Shown piece after piece: positions 49,496-59,632 of a stretch of 64,000 nt of DNA (position 1 is its first letter; every line of letters starts with the position of its first letter). This stretch comes from Chloroflexota bacterium (lineage in GTDB: Bacteria > Chloroflexota > Dehalococcoidia > UBA2979), in NCBI GenBank assembly GCA_002716405.1, contig PBBA01000006.1, forward strand, positions 477,479 to 541,478, written 5' to 3'. The notes beneath the pieces are model-generated. The model made no database searches. It was not told the DNA's origin and saw only the letters and a list, made by a program, of their open reading frames with translations. A program made the position numbers and the translations under genes.

Positions 49496-50380
49496 TTGAT
49501 AGCAGCCCATTGTTTTGCAATTGTAAGTATTACTGACAAAGTGATAATGAATACCCTTGGTTTGGGTGTTCGTTCTTTTTTGCTATTTATTGGCTTTCAA
49601 TGTTTTGTTATGTGTATTGCAATTTGTATTTTTGTTCCATTTCCGTTTGATATTGACTTCGATATTTATGTTCGTGGTTTTTTGATGGGAATAATGTGGG
49701 GGTTAGCAGCACCTTTGATTATTACTGCAATTGCACGTGAAGAAGTGTCTCGTGCAGCACCTATTTTTCAATCTTATCCCTTGCTTGTTGTGTTGCTGGC
49801 TGTTGTCTTTTTAGGTGAAAATCTTTCACAGTATGAATTTTTAGCTGTGATGTTGGCAATAGGAGGTGCCGTACTCTCTGCATTAAAATTTACAGATAAT
49901 AAGCGGGTGAAATTCAGTGAAGTTACACTTTATTTAGTTATTGCAATCGTACTAGTGTCTGTTTCGCAAATTCTCCTAAAAACAGTAACGGATGAGTTAT
50001 CTTTCTGGCATGCGTTAGTTTTCAGATACTTCGGGATGGCACTTGTCTTGATGCTGTTATATCTGCGTAAGTCATATGTTTTTGAAATATATTATTTTAT
50101 GAAAAAACCATATGCTTCATTGTCACTTACAATCGATGTTGGTGCTGCTGTCTCTGCTTCGGCTCTCTTAACATATGCGATAGCAAAGGGGCCTGTGTCG
50201 TTAGCGAGTGCTGTTGTGAGTGCTTCGCCATTGATTGTATTCTTTATGAGTGTTTTTGTAGCAGCAAAGACCCCATGGCTTGCGACAGAGCAATTAGGTC
50301 GAAACGTGTTAATACAAAAATTTATCGCTACTTTGATGGTTGTTGTAGGTCTTACCGTTTTAGCAGTATCGTCTATTTAA
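49496..50380 (+). CDS. EamA/DMT-family transporter
   Basis: About 10 TM segments in two EamA-like halves. TM1 seems to begin upstream of the TTG called by the track (see findings). Confidence 0.72.
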   Translation: MIAAHCFAIVSITDKVIMNTLGLGVRSFLLFIGFQCFVMCIAICIFVPFPFDIDFDIYVRGFLMGIMWGLAAPLIITAIAREEVSRAAPIFQSYPLLVVLLAVVFLGENLSQYEFLAVMLAIGGAVLSALKFTDNKRVKFSEVTLYLVIAIVLVSVSQILLKTVTDELSFWHALVFRYFGMALVLMLLYLRKSYVFEIYYFMKKPYASLSLTIDVGAAVSASALLTYAIAKGPVSLASAVVSASPLIVFFMSVFVAAKTPWLATEQLGRNVLIQKFIATLMVVVGLTVLAVSSI

Positions 50381-51792
50381 CTTGGCTTCCGTAGGTGATG
50401 CATTGTTGCTTGTTCAAAAGCATAAGCAATTTTCAGCAATTCAATGTCTCCTTTTGGTTTTCCTACAATTTGCAAGCCGACAGGTAAGCCGGATGCAGTA
50501 AAGCCACCTGGTACAGAAATCGTCGGTAAACTTGTGATGGAAATAGCACAGCATACTGTCATCCAATCAAGATATGTGGGGAATTTCACTCCTTCAATTT
50601 CTTCAATCCACGGTGTCTCAATATCGAAAGGAGCAACCTGAGCCGCAGGTAGAATAAGCGCATCATAAGTTTCAAAAAAAGCTGCAATGTTTGCATAAAT
50701 TTCTGCACGAAGTTGTTCTGATTCAAGAATTTCTTGAGAACTTAATTTCATTCCCTCGTCTATATTCCATAGAGCTGTATCTTTAGTATGTGCCCTCCAG
50801 TCTGTGTATTTACTATCAAGGGTTCTTCCTAAATTTGCTAGTCCAGCTGCTCGTTGTATTTGGAACACTTCCATGGCTTTTGATAGGTCTGGCGAGGTTT
50901 CAGTAACCTCCCATCCAAAATCTTCAAATACTATTGGAGCCTGGGCAATAACCTCGCCCACTTCAGAAGCTATGGGCAGTCCATGTAAATTTGGGCTATA
51001 AGCAATTCTGTAAGTGGATGAAGGTTCATTTTCTATCTGTGAGAGCAGATCTTTGAATATGGCTCCTGGTTCTGGAAGCGTCAATGGATCAGATAGATGT
51101 GGTCCTGCTTGGACTGCAAGTAGGAATGTTGCATCTTTAACAGTTCGTGCCATTGGGCCAGCTGTGGACATTCTGCCGAACCATGTCGAATTACCCCCAG
51201 AAGGGACACGGCCAATTGAAGGTCTCATACCTACGATATTGCAAAATGAAGCTGGGTTACGAAGTGATCCTCCCATATCGCTGCCATCGGCTATCGCTAG
51301 CATTTCTGTAGCTATTGCAACAGCAGCACCACCGCTACTACCTCCAGGTGTTCGTGTTTGGTCATATGGATTCAATGTTGTACCAAAGACGTTATTGTAT
51401 GTTTGTGAACCAAGCCCCAATTCTGGAGTATTTGTTTTTCCAATGAAGAGTGCTCCTGCCTGTCTTAAACGGGCAGCCATTGGTCCATCTTTTTCTATTA
51501 TTTGATCTTTATAAGGAATATAACCTGCTGTCGTCGGAAAGCCTGCGACATCATTAAGATCTTTAACAGCCATTGGTATACCGTGTAAATCACCGCGGTT
51601 ATTGGTTTCGATCTGGTCAGCAGCATGTGCAAGTTTTAGTGCTTCATCTCTTGGCAATAAATTAACGATTGCATTGAGTTGTGGGTTATGTCTTTCAATT
51701 CGATCGTACGTTTCATTCATTACATCGACAGCTGAGAAAGTTCCGTCTCTTAATGCAGTACTAAGTGCAATAGCACTATTCCATTTCATCAT
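50377..51792 (-). CDS. amidase (amidase-signature family)
   Basis: GGSSGGAAVA signature. ATG at 51792 (MMKWNSA...) is preferred, with GGAG upstream. Confidence 0.88.
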   Translation of the reverse strand: MMKWNSAIALSTALRDGTFSAVDVMNETYDRIERHNPQLNAIVNLLPRDEALKLAHAADQIETNNRGDLHGIPMAVKDLNDVAGFPTTAGYIPYKDQIIEKDGPMAARLRQAGALFIGKTNTPELGLGSQTYNNVFGTTLNPYDQTRTPGGSSGGAAVAIATEMLAIADGSDMGGSLRNPASFCNIVGMRPSIGRVPSGGNSTWFGRMSTAGPMARTVKDATFLLAVQAGPHLSDPLTLPEPGAIFKDLLSQIENEPSSTYRIAYSPNLHGLPIASEVGEVIAQAPIVFEDFGWEVTETSPDLSKAMEVFQIQRAAGLANLGRTLDSKYTDWRAHTKDTALWNIDEGMKLSSQEILESEQLRAEIYANIAAFFETYDALILPAAQVAPFDIETPWIEEIEGVKFPTYLDWMTVCCAISITSLPTISVPGGFTASGLPVGLQIVGKPKGDIELLKIAYAFEQATMHHLRKPS

Positions 51793-51939
51793 GTGATCAC
51801 TCCGATTTATATTGTTGTTTTGAAGCTTAAGTGTTTTTACTGGAATATTCCATGTGAAATTCATACTTCTAATGGTAAAAAACTATACTGATGTATAAGT
51901 TACGTTGATGACAAAAAAAATTTAGTGTTGGGAGCTATT

Positions 51940-53082
51940 GTGCAGATTACAGATTTGCAGACGGTCGTTGTTGATGCAGCGAGTGAATTTCTTGCTAATC
52001 CATCGGCTAGTAAGCGGACATGGATGTTTGTCGAAATTCATACAGATGAAGGTCTTATTGGGATAGGTGAGTGTAGTCAAAGTCGATTAGATGCAGGGGT
52101 TGCTGTTGCTATTGACGAGATGAAATCTTATTTTATTGGAAAAAATCCCGTTGGTCTTATGCATGGAGCTCGACAACATTGGCTCAATAATCCCTTCGCA
52201 AGTCGAATACGTTATGCTGCAGTAAGTGGTATTGAGCAAGCATTATGGGATTTAACCGGGAAGGCATTAGACCAGCCTGTCTACGTACTGCTTGGAGGAG
52301 CTGTTCGCGAAGATATTCCTCTCTATGCAAATCTCAGTCAAGCCACTCAAAGTCGATCTCCATCTGATCTTGCTGAAGCAGCATCGCGTGCTGTTGCTGA
52401 TGGATTTCAAGCGGTAAAGATCTATCCATTTCCCCAACCAGCCGAGGTAACCTTTGGTCGAGGTGTTGCGCTTACTAATCAAGAACGAGATCTTGCTGAA
52501 TCTCGTATACAGTCAGTGCGTGAAGCCATAGGTCCAGACATCAAACTACATACTGATTGGGCCTGGGCTGTTACTCCTGCAGATGCAAAAGAAATGGCAC
52601 ACAGACTTCTGCCTTATGATCTTTTTTGGATTGAAGAGCCATTTAGGGAAGATGATCACGCAGAGTTAAATGCTTTACGTAGATTCATACAACCACGACT
52701 TGCAGGTGGTGAACAGTTATCAAAACTGATCTCTTTTCGAGAACTCTTTGAAAATCGTGCATTAGATGTCGTGATGCCCGATGTGAAATGGATTGGTGGA
52801 ATTTCTGCATTTAGAGAAGTAGAGGCCATTGCATCCGTTTATGATGTTGAAGTTGCCCCTCATAATATGTCAGGACCAGTTGCTACTGCAAGTTCAGTTC
52901 ATCTCAGTGCTGTTAGTAATAATTTCTTATCTTTAGAGTATGGTTATGCTGGTGTTCCATGGAGGGATGAACTTGTTAATGGAACTGAGATAGTAGAAAA
53001 TGGGACTATCCCGTTACCAACAGCCCCCGGTCTAGGTATTGAATGGAATGGAGATGCAGCAAGACGTTTATCGGTAGGATAA
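51940..53082 (+). CDS. enolase-superfamily enzyme (mandelate racemase / sugar-acid dehydratase type)
   Basis: Metal-ligand contexts HTDWAWA, WIEEP and AGGEQ. GTG at 51940 (VQITDL...) is preferred, with GGGAG upstream. Confidence 0.85.
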   Translation: MQITDLQTVVVDAASEFLANPSASKRTWMFVEIHTDEGLIGIGECSQSRLDAGVAVAIDEMKSYFIGKNPVGLMHGARQHWLNNPFASRIRYAAVSGIEQALWDLTGKALDQPVYVLLGGAVREDIPLYANLSQATQSRSPSDLAEAASRAVADGFQAVKIYPFPQPAEVTFGRGVALTNQERDLAESRIQSVREAIGPDIKLHTDWAWAVTPADAKEMAHRLLPYDLFWIEEPFREDDHAELNALRRFIQPRLAGGEQLSKLISFRELFENRALDVVMPDVKWIGGISAFREVEAIASVYDVEVAPHNMSGPVATASSVHLSAVSNNFLSLEYGYAGVPWRDELVNGTEIVENGTIPLPTAPGLGIEWNGDAARRLSVG

Positions 53083-53101
53083 GTCTTTAAAAGAGGTGTA
53101 T

Positions 53102-54670
53102 ATGCGTTATGATCATATAATTATTGGAGCTGGTTCAGCAGGTGCAATTCTTGCGACAAGACTTTCTGAGGATCCCAACAAATCAGTTTTATTGCTGGAG
53201 GCAGGTCCTGACTATGAAAATATTGAGAGTCTGCCAGAAGAAGTAAAATATGGTTATGCATCAACCAAAAGTATTTGGACGAGTGATTACAATTGGCAGT
53301 ACCGTGCACGTGCCACTGATGTTGCAGAGATTGATATACCACGAGGGAAAATTACAGGTGGTTCGAGTGCTATTAATGGACAAATTTTCCTAAGAGGTCT
53401 TCCTGAAGATTATGATAATTGGTCTGAGTGGGGTAATAATCTTTGGGATTTTGAGCAGTTACTACCTTATTTTAATAAAATCGAAACTGATGTGACGTAT
53501 GAAGATAATCCTGGAGATTTTCATGGATCGACAGGTCCTATTATTTGCCATCGATTTCCTGAGGAGGAATGGCAGGCAGGGTCACGCGCATTTGTTGATG
53601 CATGTCTTGATGCAGGATTTCCGTTTTGTGAAGATGCGAATGCTCCAGACACTATTGGTGTCGGACCGATACCATTGAATAATCCTGGTGGTATCCGTTG
53701 GTCAACTTCAATCGGATATTTGGGACTCTCACGACATAGACTGAATCTGACGATTCGATCTAATGTCACAGTAAAAAATATTCTCTTCGATACTTCTAGT
53801 GATACGCCACATGCTAAAGGAGTATGTGCTGTTTCTGATGGTGAAGAATTCATTGTTGAAGGCGACGAGGTTATTCTCAGTGCTGGCGCGATTGCCTCTC
53901 CACAAATATTGATGCTTTCGGGTATAGGTCCCGCAGATCATTTAGAAGAACATGGAATTAATGTACTTGTGGATTCCCCTGGTGTGGGTCAAAATCTCCG
54001 TGATCATCCTTTATTAGGAATTCTCTGGGCGACGAAACCTGAAGTTGAGCTTGACCCTATCGGCCCAAGATTACAAGTGCTCTTACGATACACTGCTGAT
54101 GGATCGGTCATTGATAACGATATGATTGTGTATCTTTCGCATGCTGCTAGTGCCCGCAGAGATGATCAATCAGGTGATGTTATACATCCTGTGGGGATTA
54201 ATGCTGGTTTAGGCTTAAATTTGGCATTTTCCAAAGGTGAAGTGCGATTGAATTCTGCTGATTACCGAGAACATCCCTATCTTGATTATAATTTATTGGC
54301 TGAAGATGAAGATATTCGTCGGTACCGCGATGGCGTACGTCTTTTAGTGACACTCGAAAATCATCCTGCGATGGAGAATTTAGTACAAGATAGAGTATAC
54401 CCACTGGATACCGATCTGATTTCAGATGAGGCACTTGATGCATGGATTCGTAAGAGTGTGCAAACTGGCCATCATGTTTCGTGCACAGCGAAAATGGGTC
54501 CTCGGTCAGATGAGATGGCTGTTGTCGATCAGTTCGGAAAAGTATATGGCGTTAATAATTTGCGTGTTGCTGATGCGTCTATCATGCCTGAATGTGTGAG
54601 GGCGAATATTAATGCAACAGTTATGGTTATTGGCGAGCGTATTGCGAGTTTTATTTTAGAAGGTAATTAA
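53102..54670 (+). CDS. GMC-family FAD oxidoreductase (choline dehydrogenase-like)
   Basis: IIIGAGSAGAILATRLSED and the C-terminal GHHVSCTAKMG. ATG at 53102 follows AAGAGGTG. Confidence 0.9.
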   Translation: MRYDHIIIGAGSAGAILATRLSEDPNKSVLLLEAGPDYENIESLPEEVKYGYASTKSIWTSDYNWQYRARATDVAEIDIPRGKITGGSSAINGQIFLRGLPEDYDNWSEWGNNLWDFEQLLPYFNKIETDVTYEDNPGDFHGSTGPIICHRFPEEEWQAGSRAFVDACLDAGFPFCEDANAPDTIGVGPIPLNNPGGIRWSTSIGYLGLSRHRLNLTIRSNVTVKNILFDTSSDTPHAKGVCAVSDGEEFIVEGDEVILSAGAIASPQILMLSGIGPADHLEEHGINVLVDSPGVGQNLRDHPLLGILWATKPEVELDPIGPRLQVLLRYTADGSVIDNDMIVYLSHAASARRDDQSGDVIHPVGINAGLGLNLAFSKGEVRLNSADYREHPYLDYNLLAEDEDIRRYRDGVRLLVTLENHPAMENLVQDRVYPLDTDLISDEALDAWIRKSVQTGHHVSCTAKMGPRSDEMAVVDQFGKVYGVNNLRVADASIMPECVRANINATVMVIGERIASFILEGN

Positions 54671-54685
54671 AGAGAAGAGACAAAA

Positions 54686-55447
54686 ATGACATTTGCAACA
54701 TATCCAAGTCTCGATGGTGCCTCTGTATACATTACAGGTGGTGCTTCAGGTATCGGTGCTGAGATCGTGAAGGCTTTCGCGGACCAGAACTCAAAAATTG
54801 GATTTATTGATTTTGATCAAACCAATGGAGAGAAATTAACAAATGAATTGCGTTCAAATGGTGTCGATATTCACTTTGAATTCTGTGATTTGAGAGATAT
54901 AGAAGCTTCACGAGCGGCATTTAAAAAACTTGAAGATACATTGGGCCCTGCACGTGTACTCGTCAATAATGCTGCACGTGATGATCGCCATCAATGGCAA
55001 GATGTGACTCCTGAATATTATGACGAGCGTATTGCTACCAATTTACGGCACATGTTTTTCTCTATCCAATCAGTAGCGCCAGGGATGATTGAGGCTGGTG
55101 GTGGTTCTATTATTAACTTTGGATCAGTTTCGTGGTGGGTGAAGCGTGGTGGTATGCCAGTCTATACAACATCGAAAGCTGCGATACATGGTATGACTCG
55201 ATCGTTCGCACGTGATTTAGGGCCTCATCGTATTCGCGTTAATACGGTCGTTCCAGGTTGGATTATGACTGAGCGGCAGAAAGAACTTTGGGTGACACCT
55301 GAAGGATTGGAAGAAGCACATAAAGAACAATGCTTACCGGATTTAATAGATCCTGTGTACCCAGCAAGAATGGTGTTGTTTTTGGCTTCTGATGATGCTG
55401 CAATGTGTACAGCGAATAATTATATGGTGGAAGCCGGCATGATTTAA
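54686..55447 (+). CDS. short-chain dehydrogenase/reductase
   Basis: ITGGASGIGAEI, NNAA, YTTSKAA. Confidence 0.88.
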   Translation: MTFATYPSLDGASVYITGGASGIGAEIVKAFADQNSKIGFIDFDQTNGEKLTNELRSNGVDIHFEFCDLRDIEASRAAFKKLEDTLGPARVLVNNAARDDRHQWQDVTPEYYDERIATNLRHMFFSIQSVAPGMIEAGGGSIINFGSVSWWVKRGGMPVYTTSKAAIHGMTRSFARDLGPHRIRVNTVVPGWIMTERQKELWVTPEGLEEAHKEQCLPDLIDPVYPARMVLFLASDDAAMCTANNYMVEAGMI

Positions 55448-55473
55448 TCTAAGACAGCTTATGTAGCATTTTG

Positions 55474-56298
55474 CTACGCAACTTTATAGATGTTTGTGTG
55501 TCGGATTCGTGCAATTTCAGTTCCAGATGCATCAAAAAGGGCGCCATCACAAACAGCATAATGGTGTTCTCGTTTTTCATATGTTTCTACAAAATGTCCA
55601 GTAAGTATAAATGTTTGACCTGCCTCAGCACGTTTGAAATTTTGCACATGACTACTGACGTGGATAGCAGGGTGTCCATAGTCATAGGAATGAGCGAGTA
55701 ATGGCATCATTTGTCGTGCAATCAATGCTGGGTGTACTAAGGGATTTTTTCCTGTAAATAAACCTTGAACATCACCTGCATCAATGCCAGTTTCGTTTGC
55801 ATATTCTTCAGAAATCTGAAATGTGAATGTCCTGAGATCTTCACCAACAGGTGCATTATCGATTGTTAAGAATTCACGATTATCCAATACAGGATCAGGG
55901 TTCAAATTGTTTGAGAGCTGTAATGTATCGAGCCAATGAGCTTTACCTAAGCCAAGAGTTCCTCTGAGGCACGCCTCTCCGTCATCTTTTGTCGCAACAA
56001 AATGGTGAGTACCTTCGTCATCTTTTGTCACAATAAATTGCACTTGTGTCCCTGGATATGTCGGTCGACGAAACATGACATGTATCCAGCCATGATCAAG
56101 CCATTCAATTCCCATCGCCTGTAAAATACTGGGGATACACCATCCGTACAAAGTAACTCCACCAACTAATGCTCCACCAAAACCATAACGTGACGCTCCT
56201 TCAGTGGTATGGATGGCATTTTGTTTCAACATTGCAGGATCATTTGGGTCCTTCATTGTCGCAAGAAATGAATTTTCTAGGATGACAGTGCTGCTCAT
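55474..56298 (-). CDS. double hotdog-fold (MaoC-like dehydratase) protein
   Basis: Two hotdog-like halves. ATG at 56298 with GAGGAA 6 nt upstream. The family call is tentative. Confidence 0.6.
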   Translation of the reverse strand: MSSTVILENSFLATMKDPNDPAMLKQNAIHTTEGASRYGFGGALVGGVTLYGWCIPSILQAMGIEWLDHGWIHVMFRRPTYPGTQVQFIVTKDDEGTHHFVATKDDGEACLRGTLGLGKAHWLDTLQLSNNLNPDPVLDNREFLTIDNAPVGEDLRTFTFQISEEYANETGIDAGDVQGLFTGKNPLVHPALIARQMMPLLAHSYDYGHPAIHVSSHVQNFKRAEAGQTFILTGHFVETYEKREHHYAVCDGALFDASGTEIARIRHTNIYKVA

Positions 56299-56371
56299 GT
56301 ATGATTCCTCAAGAAGCATTTTATTCATTCGATAGTTCAAGTTCTACATTCTGTAGTGATACCATAGATTT

Positions 56372-56605
56372 ATGAAAATATTCTCTATTTCCTTAGCTCT
56401 TGTTCTTTTTGCAGCTGTTGCATGCTCTAGTGAAGATACTGCAACAAAAGATTCACTGCGTGCTACCCAAGAAGGTTTAGCGACACTCTCTGTCGAAGTC
56501 ACAAATTTGAAGGCAGAAATAGCAGAACTGGAAACTACGATAGCAGAACTCCAAGGGACTATTATTGCACAAAATGATCAGCCGAAGTCGAGTGATGGTT
56601 ATTAG
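56372..56605 (+). CDS. small coiled-coil lipoprotein
   Basis: Lipobox AAVAC after a signal peptide, then heptad-like LKAEIAELETTIAELQG. Confidence 0.6.
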   Translation: MKIFSISLALVLFAAVACSSEDTATKDSLRATQEGLATLSVEVTNLKAEIAELETTIAELQGTIIAQNDQPKSSDGY

Positions 56606-56677
56606 AATGTACTGATGGCCTATTGCTAGTTCAAAGCATGTTCAGTGTAGAGATAAAATAAAGTCCTGTGAGGTGTA

Positions 56678-57676
56678 ATGATGAGTACCCGTGAAGTGCA
56701 TTTGATAAACCGCCCAGTTGGATTACCGAATGATGAATGCTTTGACATCGTTGAGGTAGAACTACCTACTCCTGAAGATGGTCAGGTCTCTGTTCAAAAT
56801 TTGTTTTTCTCTGTCGATCCGTACATGCGAGGGCGGATGCGAGATGCTGTTTCTTATTCACCTCCGTATCAACTAGGGACAGTCATGCATGGTGGTGCAG
56901 TTGGCGAAGTAACTGCGTCTGAACATGACGATTTTGCCGTGGGTGATCTAGTACAAAGTAATTTAGGTTGGCGTGAAGCTTACACTACATCTGCAAGCTC
57001 ATTAGTGAAATTACCTGCAAATGCCGATATGCCCTCACATTATCTGGGCGTCTTGGGTATGCCTGGGCTTACTGCATATGTCGGTACATTGCACATTGGT
57101 CAGATCCGTGAAGGTGATACGTTCTTTGTCTCAGGTGCAGCCGGTGCAGTCGGGAGTGTCGCTGGGCAGATTGCCAAACTCAAAGGATGTCGAGTGATTG
57201 GTACTGCTGGATCAGACGATAAATGTTCTTGGCTGACGGATGCTCTTGGGTTTGATGTTGCTATTAATTATCGTGACAGTGAGCTCGTACATTCACTATC
57301 AGATGCAGCTCCCGATGGAGTTGATGTGTATTTTGATAATGTGGGCTATGAACACCTTGAAGCAGCGATCGCACTGATGAATGAAGGTGGTCGAATAGCT
57401 GCATGTGGATCGATTTCTGGGTATAACGAAGAAGTCCACAGACCTGGACCAAGTAATTTGTCATTGATTGTGGGTAAACGAATCAATATGCGTGGCTTTA
57501 TCGTCTCTGACCACAGTGATCTTCGCTCTCAATTTCTTTCTGATATGAGTACTTGGATGTCTGAAGGAAAGATCACAACACAAGAAACAGTGGTTGAAGG
57601 TATCGAAAATGCAGCAGAAGCATTTCGCGGATTATTTGCTGGGACCAATATGGGAAAAATGGTTGTAAAACTCTAG
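56678..57676 (+). CDS. NADP-dependent medium-chain reductase (YncB/PTGR-like)
   Basis: VSGAAGAVGSVAGQIAK nucleotide-binding motif; 332 aa. Confidence 0.88.
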   Translation: MMSTREVHLINRPVGLPNDECFDIVEVELPTPEDGQVSVQNLFFSVDPYMRGRMRDAVSYSPPYQLGTVMHGGAVGEVTASEHDDFAVGDLVQSNLGWREAYTTSASSLVKLPANADMPSHYLGVLGMPGLTAYVGTLHIGQIREGDTFFVSGAAGAVGSVAGQIAKLKGCRVIGTAGSDDKCSWLTDALGFDVAINYRDSELVHSLSDAAPDGVDVYFDNVGYEHLEAAIALMNEGGRIAACGSISGYNEEVHRPGPSNLSLIVGKRINMRGFIVSDHSDLRSQFLSDMSTWMSEGKITTQETVVEGIENAAEAFRGLFAGTNMGKMVVKL

Positions 57677-57726
57677 CGATTGTGTTGGGCTTGTTTTACT
57701 TTGGGATCTATAGAAGTGAGGGTATA

Positions 57727-59073
57727 GTGTCGATCCATGCTGTACAGACTGGTGGACAAGATCGTGTCACGAAGCGACAGTCCTGGGATAATTGGGCTGG
57801 AAACCTACACTCATCACCGATCGAAATATTTCGCCCAACGACTGAAGATGAAATTGTAGCACTGGTTCAACAGGCAGCGAATCGTGGTTTGCGAATCAAA
57901 GCATTTGGTGCAAAGCACTCCTTTAGTGGTATAGCAATCTCTGATGATTATATTTTGGATCTTACTAGTTATGATCAAATCGTAGAAGTGGATTCCGTCA
58001 ACGGATACGTCACAGTTCAATCTGGAAAAAAATTATCACACTTAAGTGAAGAACTGTTTACGTACGGATTTGCAATGGAGGATATGGGTGATATCGCATA
58101 TCAAAGTATTGCAGGGGCGATTTCTACTGGTACTCATGGGACAGGTGCGACATTTGGGTGTATCCCGACTCAAGTACATTCGATGCGCATTATCACAGCA
58201 GATGGTTCAGTACTTAATTGTAGTAAGGATGAAAACCAAGATATTTTTCATTCTGCACGTGTGTCTCTAGGTGCATTAGGAATTCTTTCAACGATTACGC
58301 TCAAATGTGAAACAGCGTTTAATTTACACGCTGTGGAAAAGCCAATTGCATTAGATGAAGTCATGACAAATCTTGATGACTTTGTCGATAGCAATGAACA
58401 TTTTGAATTTTTCTGGCAACCCAATATGCAGAATGCATTTACCAAACAAAATAATCGAACAACACGTCCTGAAGAACCTCTTACCGATTGGGAAAATTTT
58501 AAAAATGATGTACTAATAGGTGATTTTATTGCCAATAATCTGGTCAAAGTAGACAGAATTGCCCCACCGTTGAGCAGGTTCATACGACGTAATCTTCCTG
58601 TGACTTATCGAGAAGATTATGTAGATCGAAGTTACAGAGTGTTTACTTCGGAGCGCAAAGTGAAGTTCGTTGAAATGGAATATTTTATTCCTCGTGCTGC
58701 AGCAAAAGATGCTATGGAACGATATCGTACATTTCTCCAGCAAACAGGGATCGTACCGAGTATGTCGATTGAGATGCGTTTTACTGCAGCAGACGATATT
58801 CCACTCAGTATGTCGACTGATCGTGAAACATGCTCGTTTGCTATTCATTTACGTACACATGAACGCTATCAGCAATACTTTGAAGGATTTGAAACATTGA
58901 TGCGAGAATTTGATGGTCGTCCGCACTGGGGCAAAATGCATTTCCAGACCAAAGATACGTTGATGCACTTATATCCCCAATGGGAGCAATTTCAAGTGGT
59001 TCGAAAAAAACTCGATCCAGACGGGCGTTTTACAAATGCGTACCTCAACAGAGTATTGGGACAAATAGAATAA
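57727..59073 (+). CDS. FAD-linked sugar-1,4-lactone oxidase/dehydrogenase (ALO/GULO family)
   Basis: FAD_binding_4-like N-terminus (AFGAKHSFS) and the C-terminal GRPHWGKMHF. GTG at 57727 follows GAGGG. Confidence 0.85.
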   Translation: MSIHAVQTGGQDRVTKRQSWDNWAGNLHSSPIEIFRPTTEDEIVALVQQAANRGLRIKAFGAKHSFSGIAISDDYILDLTSYDQIVEVDSVNGYVTVQSGKKLSHLSEELFTYGFAMEDMGDIAYQSIAGAISTGTHGTGATFGCIPTQVHSMRIITADGSVLNCSKDENQDIFHSARVSLGALGILSTITLKCETAFNLHAVEKPIALDEVMTNLDDFVDSNEHFEFFWQPNMQNAFTKQNNRTTRPEEPLTDWENFKNDVLIGDFIANNLVKVDRIAPPLSRFIRRNLPVTYREDYVDRSYRVFTSERKVKFVEMEYFIPRAAAKDAMERYRTFLQQTGIVPSMSIEMRFTAADDIPLSMSTDRETCSFAIHLRTHERYQQYFEGFETLMREFDGRPHWGKMHFQTKDTLMHLYPQWEQFQVVRKKLDPDGRFTNAYLNRVLGQIE

Positions 59074-59082
59074 TTGTCTGTT

Positions 59083-59499
59083 CTATTGCTCCAAGGGACG
59101 TACTGCCTGTGTTTGTGTGATTAGTGCCACACATTCACCAGCATCATTCTCGAGTGTTGTTTGTACAACTAATGATGTTCGTCCGTTGTGAACGACTTCG
59201 GAGATTGCATCAATATAGTTTCCCGAAGCTTGTCGAAGGAAATTAATACTAAATTGTTGTGTACCGGCAAGTTGTCCTTTGGTGTGGATGTGTGCCCAAA
59301 CAACACTAGCGATATCAGCGAACGACATCAATGCACCACCATGCATTGCTCCAAAAGCATGCTCAAGATCTTCTCGGCACTGCATGCGAATACGTGATTT
59401 TTCATCATCTGCTTCGATCAGCTCTAACTGAAAGAGCTCAGGGAATGGACCAGCATTTGTCAGTCGTTGTTTGGTCCGTTCAAAAATCGGTACATCCAC
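59083..59499 (-). CDS. PaaI-family hotdog thioesterase
   Basis: AMHGGALMSFADIA motif; 138 aa. Confidence 0.8.
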   Translation of the reverse strand: MDVPIFERTKQRLTNAGPFPELFQLELIEADDEKSRIRMQCREDLEHAFGAMHGGALMSFADIASVVWAHIHTKGQLAGTQQFSINFLRQASGNYIDAISEVVHNGRTSLVVQTTLENDAGECVALITQTQAVRPLEQ

Positions 59500-59632
59500 A
59501 ATGTTCGCCTTCTTTTATTCTTCATCGATAGACAAAGTTCATCATAAAACTTAACTATCGATTAATGCATTCTTAATGTAATTTCTGTCGTATTGTTTAA
59601 ATATAAATTTATCAATTTAAGGTGTTTAAATA

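Noticed and set aside
55471-55701. Plus-strand 76-aa ORF
   Set aside because: It lies antisense to the 3' part of the hotdog-fold gene, with no SD and no motif.
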